This document shows positions 36,815-47,945 of a stretch of 64,000 nucleotides of DNA, piece by piece (within the stretch, counting starts at the first letter, position 1; each line of letters starts with the position of its first letter). The stretch is from Paecilomyces variotii (taxonomy: Eukaryota): the NCBI GenBank assembly GCA_004022145.1, contig RCNU01000006.1; one strand, given 5' to 3'. Made by a program: the position numbers and the translations under genes. The notes below the pieces were generated by a model. That model made no database searches, was not told the DNA's origin, and saw only the letters and a list, made by a program, of their open reading frames with translations.

Positions 36815-38098
36815 CTATTTGGTAAGAAATGAAACACCCTTCCATCCCAATTCCTTGAGCCTGTCTTCGACATATCTGGCTACATTGCGAAAGGTGGATT
36901 TCCCGCCTTTGCAAGCCCCGCTCTCAAGATGTTGAGCGAGTCCACTGAGCGTTGAAAAGGATCTCTGGACTGCTACTCCCTTGTGATTCACCGGGGCAAG
37001 CAATACGGGGCAGTGGAATATACGAGGCGCGTGTGCGGGTGATTCCATGTGCTGTTGAAGCGCTCTATGGGTTTTGAACGGAGCACTTCCTAAAGGACAC
37101 ATTGGACAGCATGTGCTAGACTGTAAGGAATGGCCGTCTTCTGATATGCGTAATTGCAGCGAAGATTGACTCATCGAGTCACTATCAGGTGTATGAATCG
37201 TATTCCAACCAGGCTCAGAGATAGCAGGCGTCGAAACCCCGGAGTCGCTAGGAGTATAAATAACGTCCCAGTCGGAGTCGCTGGTTGTAGAGCTCGCGGA
37301 TCCTCCAGCACCTTGCAGTTTCTCTCCAGCTCCTACAATAGAAGCGAAAACACTATCAGTGTTGCTGATAAGCCGGTCCTGATCATGCTTCTGGATCAAT
37401 GCATTGAGGGTATGTCGATTGGTTCCAGAAACACACAATCCACTTTCGAGATGGTGTAGCAGTGCTGACGGGCTCGGGAACCGTTTTCTGCAGTCTTTGG
37501 ACAGACATTCGAGATTGCTGATGGGTTGATGGATCAAGGACGTTTTATGCTGCTTTAATGCGTGTTTGTTTTTGAACTTGCGACCACACTCCTCGCAAAT
37601 AAGGCCTTGTGTCTCGGATCGCACAATCGTATGGACTTTATCTGTGAGGTGCTGCTCCAAGGCGCGCTCGCTGCTGAAGTCTCGATCACAGTCACAACAA
37701 TGAAACTGATTAGCCTCGTTGATGTGTGAGCGAAGATGTTGATCAAGAGCTTTCGTCGTGTCAAAATACTTGTCGCAGTCCCCACAATAGCAATGGCCAG
37801 TTGATCTCTGGTGTTGAGAAAGATGTGCGTCGGCGCGAAAGATCCTATTGCAATGCGCGCATTTGAAGGTATGTTTATCTCGTTTATGCTGTTTGACTGC
37901 TGACAGGGTTCTGAAACTGCGGTCACAGAAGGAACAGGGAAATTCGTGTTTATGGAGCTTGTGTTGCTCTAAAGCAGTCGCCGATTGGAGACCGCGATCA
38001 CAGAGATCACAGTAGAAATGGAAATGAACTTTGTCCCGCCGGTGTTGGATCAACGCTGACTCGTTCACGAACCGGGAGCCGCAGTCGCAAACTGCCAT
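36815..38098 (-). CDS. Intronless multi-C2H2 zinc-finger protein, 427 aa
   Basis: About ten CxxC...H...H units (e.g. CDLCDRGLQSATALEQHKLHKH, CCDCDRDFSSERALEQHLTDKVH) and two HLESG.C variants. Confidence 0.9.
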   Translation of the reverse strand: MAVCDCGSRFVNESALIQHRRDKVHFHFYCDLCDRGLQSATALEQHKLHKHEFPCSFCDRSFRTLSAVKQHKRDKHTFKCAHCNRIFRADAHLSQHQRSTGHCYCGDCDKYFDTTKALDQHLRSHINEANQFHCCDCDRDFSSERALEQHLTDKVHTIVRSETQGLICEECGRKFKNKHALKQHKTSLIHQPISNLECLSKDCRKRFPSPSALLHHLESGLCVSGTNRHTLNALIQKHDQDRLISNTDSVFASIVGAGEKLQGAGGSASSTTSDSDWDVIYTPSDSGVSTPAISEPGWNTIHTPDSDSMSQSSLQLRISEDGHSLQSSTCCPMCPLGSAPFKTHRALQQHMESPAHAPRIFHCPVLLAPVNHKGVAVQRSFSTLSGLAQHLESGACKGGKSTFRNVARYVEDRLKELGWKGVSFLTK

Positions 38099-40132
38099 GA
38101 TGATACGTTCTTGGTGAGATTCTTTTTGGGCGTCGTCCTTGACCTTGTTAGGGAAATACGTTGGCAGGCTGAAGCAGTCTGATGCTTGAGTTCTTTAGCA
38201 AGTTCAGGCCCACGTGTGGAGCACGCTGAGACAAAGGCGTAGGAGAATCCCGTCAGGAACTCCCTAGCTAGAAGGGAGTCTCCGAGAAAATATAGGAGGT
38301 AGTATGATAGGTAGATTCAGTCGCCATTAAAAAAAGAGGGGAAACACTGTCGGAGGTTCAGAGTAGTCAATGCTAATCTGTACGTCACCTGGCCTGGTGC
38401 ATTCACGTCCCACGGGAGAGTTCCATCTCAGTACGCAGGCAGGGATATTCGACAGCTCTGCTGCTAAGTTACCATTCACCCCCACTCAATGTCGGCCACG
38501 ACACTGAGAAGGCTCTCAACCCCAGTATGCTGATCCATATCAGATGCAATTCCATGCATGTCACTTGCAGGTTACAGCCCGCGCCGCCTAAGTATCACTG
38601 GCCATATGCTGTAGATGAGATAATTCCACGACGACACATGGATTCTGTTGACTGGTCGGCGTACAAAATTTAGTCACATATCATCTATACGTCGACATCT
38701 TTGCATGTTATAGACAACGGATGCAGTGTTCCTTGCGGCTATACCGTCGTCCGCTCCGGATAGCTCTTCTCATATAATAGTTTCTAAACTCGTGCTCATC
38801 CGCTGCTACTAGGAACTCCATAGTATTCGTGAAGACAGGTCCAGTCATGACGGGGGCCTGGTTACTGCCTTGATGGATATCAACTGGGGCATTCGATATC
38901 CTTCTTGGAGTCTTTCCAGAGACCAACTGATTCTCGAAGCATCGAAGATATGAAGACACTGAGATAAGCGCTTGAGGCCATAATAAAGAGATATACCAGG
39001 CATGCATCTCTCTGGATATCTTCATTCATGGCTTCTATATGACCCCTTAAATTCATGTTGATATTGGCCAAGTCTAAGAACGGCTAGATGCGCGGATTTC
39101 AACGTGTATACATTTATCTGGGAATGTCAAGTGTATCCAGCAGGTGAAGGTGCTCTATATCCTCCTCTATAATACGCAATAGAAAGAAGCTAAGCTATAA
39201 TCCAGAGTTTGATATCGTGGTCTCATTAAATTCGTCATAAGGAACTAGAATAAAAACACACAAGGCCGTTCTGGAATCCGGCAACGTTACCAAATGGAAG
39301 ATGAACGCGCGGGGTAGACACAGCTGTTCTGAACGTGGTAGTTGAAAACATGCGGGAAGATAGTCGTCCTTACTCCTCGATCTATCGCATTTACCGGATC
39401 AATATATAATCTCGAAAAAGAACTTTGTCCAAGAAAGATATACCCGGGAGGATCTGCCAAGTCAAGAGCGACCAAGATACAACCCGGTGAGACAGAAGAG
39501 AGCAACTCGAAACGCACGCTCGCTCTCTATAAGCAGGGTATGCTTTCTTTCTGAGTCGTGTATTGTCCCAAAGGTAATTGGATAGAGCAAGGGTCAAAGA
39601 ATCACCCTGTTTCTGAACCAATTGAGGAGTCCAGCACTTAAAAACCGAGAACAGAATCAGATCCTCCTGGATCCCACACTAAGCGAGAGAAAAGTTTTGC
39701 CACGCCCTAGTAACCATATTTCCCGAATAGACGCCCTGCTACCTGTATGTATATGTCGCTCAAAAATATGGAACATGAAGTGAACAAGGCTGTTTCTCAA
39801 TCCAAAAAAAGACACCCAAACGCCAATCAAGTAAGAAAGGGCGGGAATTTGAACGTGAATCGAAGAGGAATAGACATGCCATCGTCAGAAAAGGATGATC
39901 GCTGCAAACAGTGACCTCTAAACACCTGGTATCGCTCAAAATAAATCGACATCAAATCCCGCTTCACTGCGGAAAATCAATCATTTCCCTCAGAAAATGA
40001 CGGCTAATCATCAGGGAGGAGGAAATTAGAAACATCAGCTTGCGAAACCGTCTACGGATAACGCAATACCGAAGGAGACAATCCTTGACGATAGGCGTGA
40101 GATTGATAGTGCGATGCGGATCTGCATTTGCG

Positions 40133-41829
40133 CTAAGAATGCGCCCGTCGCCGCCTTCCACGTGGGCCTCCCTCAGGTCGCTGAGCAAGGACTCTCCGCA
40201 GCTCCGGATCGTCTTTGCTTTTGTCTTTATGGTGCACCTTGACATGTCTGATGATGGTTAAGTATGCGTCAGTCAAGGAAAGTTGGAAGGGTGCAATTAA
40301 TATTGGATTACCTTTGAAGGTTGTCTGGTCGCGGATATAGATGCTGTTGCTCCTTGCAGAAAGGACATTCATAGCCAGGAGAATTGTGCACTAGACCGTG
40401 CCGAATCATTTCATTTTTTCGCTTGAACCCCTTTCCACCAACTCCTCTTGGGCACCCGGGGAGAGGACAATAATGGGGCCGCTCCTGAGAGTGTACGTTG
40501 GCATGAGAGCTGGATACATAGTTAGTGACGTGAGAAACAACACCGTGCGGACGTAACCCACTTCAGCAGATATTGAGTCTGAAAAGGCGGAGCTGTACAA
40601 CCGGGGTAAGAACATTTGAATGACCCCGCTGGGGCAGGCCCGTTGGATTGGGATGGTGCGGAGGGGTATATTGAACGTTCGGGTTCGTTCACGGTCTTGG
40701 GCTCTGTGGGCGTTGGATACGATGTAGCTGGACTATTGACTGCCTGTGGTATATGCGGGGAGGGTTCATACGGGGACGTCATGTAAGGAAGTTCCGGTTT
40801 AACAGTGGATGTCGTTCGCCAGTAAGGTGGCTGAGACGACGGCGGCGACATGGCGGATATCTCTTTTGTGCTCCCGGGGGAAACGTGAGAGTAGGGACTG
40901 GGCATCTGAGGTGGCGGTAATGGTCCAGATAGGGTGCGTTCGTGGCCCATTGCACTCCGATTTAGTGTGGGCGAAGAGGCGGGGATTGGCGGCAAATGAT
41001 GGGGTAGACCATTGTTGATTCTGCTGGAATGATCCTTTGGGGTGGCTTCCAACAATTGCTCACCCAGGGCCGATTGTAGTGACGGGAGACTTTGAGGATT
41101 CTCTGGTGAGTTCGCAAAGATCGACTGAGGAGGCGACTGCAGTGCTGGGAGTAGTTCCTGAGCTGAACGCGAAGAGGCAGGTATTGCATATTTCCCAAGA
41201 GGAGTCGTTTTGAGCGTATCATTGGTGGGATTATGCTCGGAAGTGATACTGGGACGGTGCTTCGACTCAAAGGGTCGAGGTGATAGAGGCTCCGTTTTGA
41301 TATGAAAATCAACGCGCTCGGGAACTCGATGAGTCTTCTTTTTGTCACTAGGAATTAACGTTGGAGGGCTGCCATCAGTCTTCATGGGCGAATTATCGTC
41401 ATATGTCTTCTGTAACTCGGGGAGTAGAGACAAGGCCTCCGCAGCGAGAGTTGCTGGTTGTGGATTTGCCGTGGGTTCGGTCCTGGTTTCTTTGGCAGTT
41501 TTGCTTTGCATGTCTTCATCATCGGGCCATTCTGCTTCTAGCGGCTGCTCTCTGAGAGCATTGACAATATCCGGTCGGTTTGGGGCTAGATGGCTGATCA
41601 GCACCGCGTCAGCCAGGGAGGACTGGGGCGGGGGTTTGCGCTCGTTCTTACGGGAAGGTCCAGATGGACTTCCCCGGTCCGGTTCGTTCTGGCCTCCCCC
41701 CTTGGGGGAGGGAGAGCGCTTGCGTACAAATGGAGGAAGCGACTCGTCCAGGGCGTAGTTTATTTTCTGAGGCTCCAAGGGAGGTGAACGATTGCACGCG
41801 TCATCCGAGTCGTACGTATCGGCCTGCAT
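40133..41829 (-). CDS. C2H2 transcription factor, possibly COS1/YOH1-like (exons 41829-40562, 40509-40312, 40247-40133)
   Basis: Pro/Ser-rich N-terminus, then spliced FKCSYPGCTAPPFQTQYLLNSHANVH, HYCPLPGC...GFKRKNEMIRHGLVH and YECPFC...YPRPDNLQRHVKVHH. The ortholog name is from memory only. Confidence 0.9.
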
Positions 41830-44800
41830 GTAGGCGGACGTTGATCACGCATCAGGCACAGTTGCTGATAAGTCCCTGACGGAATCTGCTTCCCTGCTTC
41901 TACTCCAGAGGCTTTGACCTCGGTTCAAAGTCCGACCCCAGTAAGCGGATGCGATGTCCAGTGGTAGTACTATCTTTGGTTTGACAGCACGCACGTCAAA
42001 GTTCAGCTGCGAATGATCAGTCCGTGTGCTGCGCAAGGAAACGAGTGAAGGAGAGAAAGGTGATAACGACTACAGTGACCATGATCAAAGTGAAATGCCA
42101 TTGAAGAATGATGAAGACAAGAGACAGTGATACGAGAAGTCACCTTGCGGGGGACAACATGTCGGAAGGCTAGATAGCGAATTGCGGGGAGAGCAGTGGC
42201 CATGCAAAAACTATTCAAGGACAGGCAACGGATAAACCAAGCCAGATAAAAGCAGCTAGCAGGGGCATTAAACAGACAAAGAAGAACGACAGCCAGATGA
42301 TAATAATAGATGAGGCTACTCCATAACGCAGGGGGGATTTGGAAGCCGAGAATGATGCGGAAGATAAGAATGGCAAGTCATTGGCTCTTTTGAGACGATC
42401 AACGAGCAACAGGCATCACATCAACATTGCAGAAGCGCAGCTAAGCAGCGGAAATAGAATCACCACGAGATAAACAGAGCACCGGAGACGGGACCAGCGG
42501 CGGAAGAAAGACATATACATACCGTGTCGACGTTGGCTGAAGTTCCCAGTGTGGCGGAGATGCTTCCGTGACGCTTTGCTCTCCCGCTTAGTGGAATTGC
42601 GGCCCGGACAGTCGAAGCAGCATGAAACTCCCCACGAGCCAGGCAGAAGGCCGGATGCCCTCTTTCCACAGTCGCTGTCGAGATTATTATTGATGGGCCA
42701 GGTTTCGAGATATCCCACGTCGTCGACACCGCAAACTTGGAGCAATAATTAGTGGAGGCCGGCGCAAAGACGGCTACACACGCACGGGCTGAGGCGAAAC
42801 AACTGCGAGGCTAGAAAAAAGGGAGGGATCCTCGTTCGGGCTTTAGTTTGGCAACGTCGAGCGGTCAGCGATGCTCTCTGCGCAGCCTTCTCATGAGCCG
42901 CCATGCAGACAAAGTCGATAAGAAGGAGAGATGGAGACAGGAAAGAAACAGCTCGTCAAGACGACCCCACGTCCGCGATCTGGTCCGGTCTGAAGAGGCT
43001 GGCGATGGCTTCGATGCGCCACACAGGGGGCGACGCGGGAGAATCCCGTTCCTTTCCTCTGTACCGGGTCCAGAGATTCTAATTCAACGGACAGGCGAAG
43101 AAGACGAGGTGCCACGTCCTCCACGAGCCCCGAAACGAACCAGGGCGTCCACGCGGCGAGTGAGGCTCTGCTGGACTGTCTCAACGCATCGACCAAAGCT
43201 TGGAGCTCGGTGGGACAACGACCGCCGGGACGATTGGCTCGTCTGCTGAATCGCTTGTCTGGTCGGCCCGCGAGTGATGCTTTTAGGTTCGATCAGTGCT
43301 TCTCTTAATTCTTCCCTCCCGTACGAGATGGAAGATCCACCGCCAGAGAAGGTGTCCGGTTGCGTCGTCCGATGCTATACTCGGCTCAAGGCGGCTCCCA
43401 TGTTCGATGTTTCAAACATCACCGGGGACACGGCGGGAAGACAAGAAGAGAGGCTGATGTTTCTCGGCTGCTGTGGACTCCGTCTGCTTATTTTAGTGTC
43501 GCACGCCAACGCAGAGACTGCTCTGGAAGCGTGCAGACCAGCGGGTTACGGGGAAGTTCTGGACAACAACGATCCCTCCATCACGATAGCAAACCCTGTT
43601 CAAAATACACTGGGTGCCATGGTCGGCAAGACTGCTGTGTCTCCCGCTTGCTCAGTTGATATGGCTTCTCGCTGCGAAGTTCAACGTCCTAGTTACTCTA
43701 TACTGAACATGCCGGAGCCGCGATGAGACAAAACCCGGCCTAGACTAGTTGGAACCGCAAGGATATCATGCTCAACGGCGATGCAGTTCACCCAAGAACC
43801 CTGCTCTTTTCCTGCCACCTAAACCCCCACATGACCCCTCAGGACATCACAACCTTGGGAGATCCCTTTCTGCACCTGGAAAATCTCAAAAGAAGCTCGT
43901 CTCTTGGGATGAAAAATCATGTCGAGCCAAATGCAGGAAACCGTCTGTAAATTTCCGTAGCTAACTATCAGTTACAGTATGATTATCTTGACAAAGGCCG
44001 AGGACTTTCGTCCCGGACCTGCATTTAAGAAACCACCTTCTGCCGTTTTTATCCAGAGCCGCTACCACTATCTTTGCGGTTACTACAGAGAAGAATCCGG
44101 ACCAATGCCATCGTATCCAGTGGTATGATTGATCACACCTAACGCGGGCATATGACTCGAGAGTTATTACCCTCTCAGTTGACACGCAGCGTTCACCATC
44201 ACATAGGTAGGCGGTTGCAGCGCCCGTTTCATTGGTCGCAAGTTACTCCATGGGAAATCTGCTTCTCTTATTCGTCCCTTGGCTGTACAGAGAGCTTTGT
44301 CCCCTGGTGAACTTCCGATGTAGCAGTCAGCAGGGGCAGTCTGCATCACAGATCAAGAGAAATTCTTAAACCTAAGGTCAGTTTTCTTTATTTGCTTCTT
44401 GAGTTTACGAGTCGTGTTGTCAAGGCAATTGGTCGGTGAATTGACCGATTTGTCCATAGTCACTGTTCGGGGGATATGCTCACGTCAGACGGCCGGATGC
44501 AGTTCGTAGGGCTTCGATAAACGTTGCGCCCAATCTGGGGTTTCATTTCTAGAGGCCCCAGCAGAAGTGCATGTTTGAAGAATAATAAGGAAAAGACCAT
44601 CTCCACCACGAAACTTAGGTCTGTAGTGTATTGGGGAAGACTACTAGTGTGCATCTATAGGGGTCTCTATTGGGGATGAACGCTGACAGTGATTCATGTG
44701 AGATGGCTTTGCATATACAGACATTGAACAACGCTGGTAAGGTACGGTATTTCCAGAACATTTGATTTTGACTGTCTACGGGACCGTCATATGTGCAAAG

Positions 44801-44832
44801 ATCGGGAAGCGAGCTGGCTTATCTATACAAAT

Positions 44833-46062
44833 CTACAGCTTCGCCGACTTGCGACCCTCTTCTTGTACCCTCTTCACTCGTTCCCACGCCTGAAGAGCAA
44901 AGGGTTTTGTCTGCAAGGCATATTCGTGGGCTCTGGCGCTGCTGGCCTGCCGTAATGCATGCCTGGCCGCGATACCTTGCATGATGACCGAACTCCTAAA
45001 TGCAAAGAAGGCATCACCCCATAGTGTGTCCGGGGCAGGGTCCCATCCGGCCACAGCGCTGTACCACCGAATACACTCTTCTCGAGTTGGCAAACCCGGA
45101 ACAGCCCCGGGCTTGAATTTGTCCACTGAGTGTTCAGCACCGCCGAGGAAGTAGGGACTTGTCAAGTTACAAAAATCCGACAATGGGTGGCCTATCGTTG
45201 CCATCTCCCAGTCTAGAATTCCAATGACCCTGGGCTCCGTCTTGTGGAAAACTAAGTTGTCGATCTTGTAGTCTCCGTGGACAAAGGTGCCACGATCCCG
45301 TGGCTGGGTTGCCTTGTTGGAGAAGCAGCGCACCATGTCATCGAAGTGTGGTAACTCTCCCACGGGCTCATTCGTCTCGATATCTACCGCCTGGGCCTGT
45401 GCTCTAGAAACCGCCGTAAACGTGGAGATCTGTCTATTATAGAAGCCCGATGGCTTCCCGAATCCTTCCATTCCAACTGCCTTAGGATCGACCCGGTGGA
45501 ACTTGGCCAATGTCCGGATTGCATCGTGCCATCTATACGATCGCGTGAGCTAGTTGATCCACGCATAGATCACGGGAAAAAGGTGTATGCGGCGTACAGC
45601 TCATTGCGCTCCTCTGCGCTTACTTCAGGAATTGATGGATCCGTAAATATTCTACCATCCAGGAACTCCATTATATAGAAGGGTGTGCCGATCACCTCGT
45701 TATCCTCGCAGAGGCAGTAGGTCCTGGGCACGGGAACATCGGTATGTTCCAGAGCGTGGATAATCCTGTATTCACGCTCAACCCTGTGCGCAGTCTTGGA
45801 CAAGAGCTTGCCCGGAGGCTTCTTCCGTAGGACGAAGATCTGGCCATCTGCTGCTCGGAGCTGGTACGTAGGGTTCGACTGCCCGAAACCAAACTTGATG
45901 ACGAGACAAGAGTTAGTTAGTAGCGGTCTAGGAAAAGTCGCATTGGGTCTGAACAGAAGTTACCTGCTTCACGTCTAGTGGCGTCTTTATTACAGATACA
46001 TTCTTATCAATGTACCGTTCCAACGACGGTATATCGATAGGTTGACGAATAGCTCCTGCCAT
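44833..46062 (-). CDS. APH/choline-kinase-fold phosphotransferase (ACAD10/11 N-terminal-like) with C-terminal PTS1
   Basis: [11 protein letters not shown]...[37 protein letters not shown] and [15 protein letters not shown]; ends SAKL*. Two introns. Confidence 0.92.
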
Positions 46063-46412
46063 TGCGTCGGAGGGTGGAAGGAGTGGAGATGATCACGACG
46101 CAATAAGTTCCTCAAGAGACCAGCTTCTCCATCCGAATACTTAATGGACGTTATGCTCATGCCACGAACGAGTGGTCGAGCTTCAAATGAAGAACCTGGA
46201 GAAGGAGGAGGAACATGTCCTGGATGTTCACGGTCTTATCGGGCCTGCGTTCGCATTGCGGCTGCAACAGCCGGGGCCGAACCGAGGTTTACAGCAACGA
46301 GACTTGAGCCTGCGGGGGACGATCGATCCACCGCCAAAGTTGGAGAAGCAGTATACGCCCAAAAGGGAAAATTAGGGCTAACCCCGTGCTGTCCCAAAAG
46401 GGCAAACAGGGT

Positions 46413-46535
46413 ACGCGGTGCGCGTCTCTCGAAGTTGACGCGCCTCGCCTGGACAGAGAGTCTCAGCTGCGAAGGGATGAACTGCAGCACATCATTCCAA
46501 GCCATTATTTAAAAAGAACACCGCTCTCCACGCGT
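46413..46535. promoter_or_regulatory. MCB-like (ACGCG/ACGCGT) cluster in the dUTPase promoter
   Basis: ACGCG at 46413 and 46438, CGCGT at 46421, full ACGCGT at 46530-46535, and TATTTAAA near 46506. Fits S-phase regulation of dUTPase genes. Confidence 0.5.
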
Positions 46536-46594
46536 CAATTATCGTTTCTTTATAGCTAGCAATATCCATCCAGAAACACAATAACCTTCATATC

Positions 46595-47487
46595 ATGACC
46601 AGAGAGACAACCCCACCTCCAGCAGAAGCAGCTACTACTACTAGCACCATCAACGGCGCCCGCGAACCACCATCTCTCCCCGCCTCTCCTCTTGCCAAAC
46701 GCCCCAAGACCGACAGCGCCAACGAAGCCCAAAATACCTCTATCGCCTCCGTCATGGCTACTCAGAGCTCGAACGGCACTGCCGTCACCACCCTCTCTCA
46801 ACCTGCTCCTCCCCTCCTCGTCAAGAAGCTCAGTGAGGCCGGCCGTGCCCCGACGCGGGGTTCTGCCTTCGCGGCCGGCTACGATCTCTATGCCGCGAAG
46901 GAGACCGTGATCCCTTCCAAGGGCAAGGCCCTAGTCAGCACAGACATTGCAATTGCTGTGCCGGAGGGAACTTGTATGTGAATCCCGGACGGAGGTTATA
47001 TATATACATATAGTGTCCAGTGTGCAGTTATACTGATCAGAATGGAAATAAAATAGACGGCCGCATTGCTCCCCGCAGCGGTCTAGCAGCCAAGAACTTC
47101 ATCGACACTGGTGCTGGTGTTATTGACGCCGACTACCGTGGTGAGGTGAAGGTTCTGCTTTTTAACTTCTCTGACGTCGATTTCACCGGTATGTCCCTCG
47201 AACTGCATGGTCCTTTCTCTGCTCTGAGAGGATCTGTGGATCGGCTAACTCGATTTGATAAATAGTTAAGGAAGGAGACCGCATCGCACAGCTTATTATC
47301 GAGAGGGTAAGTCCAGAGCCATCGGACTTCATCGAATGCATATTCGTTTCCATAGCACGCCTAGGACAGTAGCTAATGTGGCATCTTACAGATTTACACC
47401 CCTGAAGTCGCGGTCGTCGAGCAGCTCGAGGAGAGTGTCCGTGGTGCTGGCGGATTCGGCAGCACTGGAGTCAGCACTTCCAACTAA
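46595..47487 (+). CDS. dut1: dUTP pyrophosphatase (four exons)
   Basis: All five dUTPase motifs: [35 protein letters not shown] and [10 protein letters not shown]. Confidence 0.97.
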
Positions 47488-47945
47488 ATGGCTCGTCCCT
47501 AGCTACACAGAGCGCAAAACAGCAGACGAGTTATCAAGGGAAGATCACAGCCTGGAATATAGAGCACATATAACGAATGCCTAGAAGGGTAGCCTAGGGT
47601 GAATTTATGAAAAAAAAAAAGGAAAAGAAGGAGCTGCAGAATAGATCGTTATGTTTTCGGTTCCCATTGGCGTTTTCATGTCTTGCGGAATAGATATCAA
47701 TCGGAGAGATGAATTTATGGATGGATGACTTGGCCCCCAAAAGATAATGTCTACTGATGAGGGGGAGATAAAAAATGAAATAAAAATAAGAAACGATGCA
47801 CGAATACATCAGCCTCATCTACTTATCCAGAGGAAAAATCTAAACGTGTAAACCCCCTTCCTTCACCCTTCGCATATGTACAAATGACCCTAATCATTCC
47901 TTTCCCTCCTCCCCTACAGTCTTCCTGATAGCCAAGAAAAGGGAC

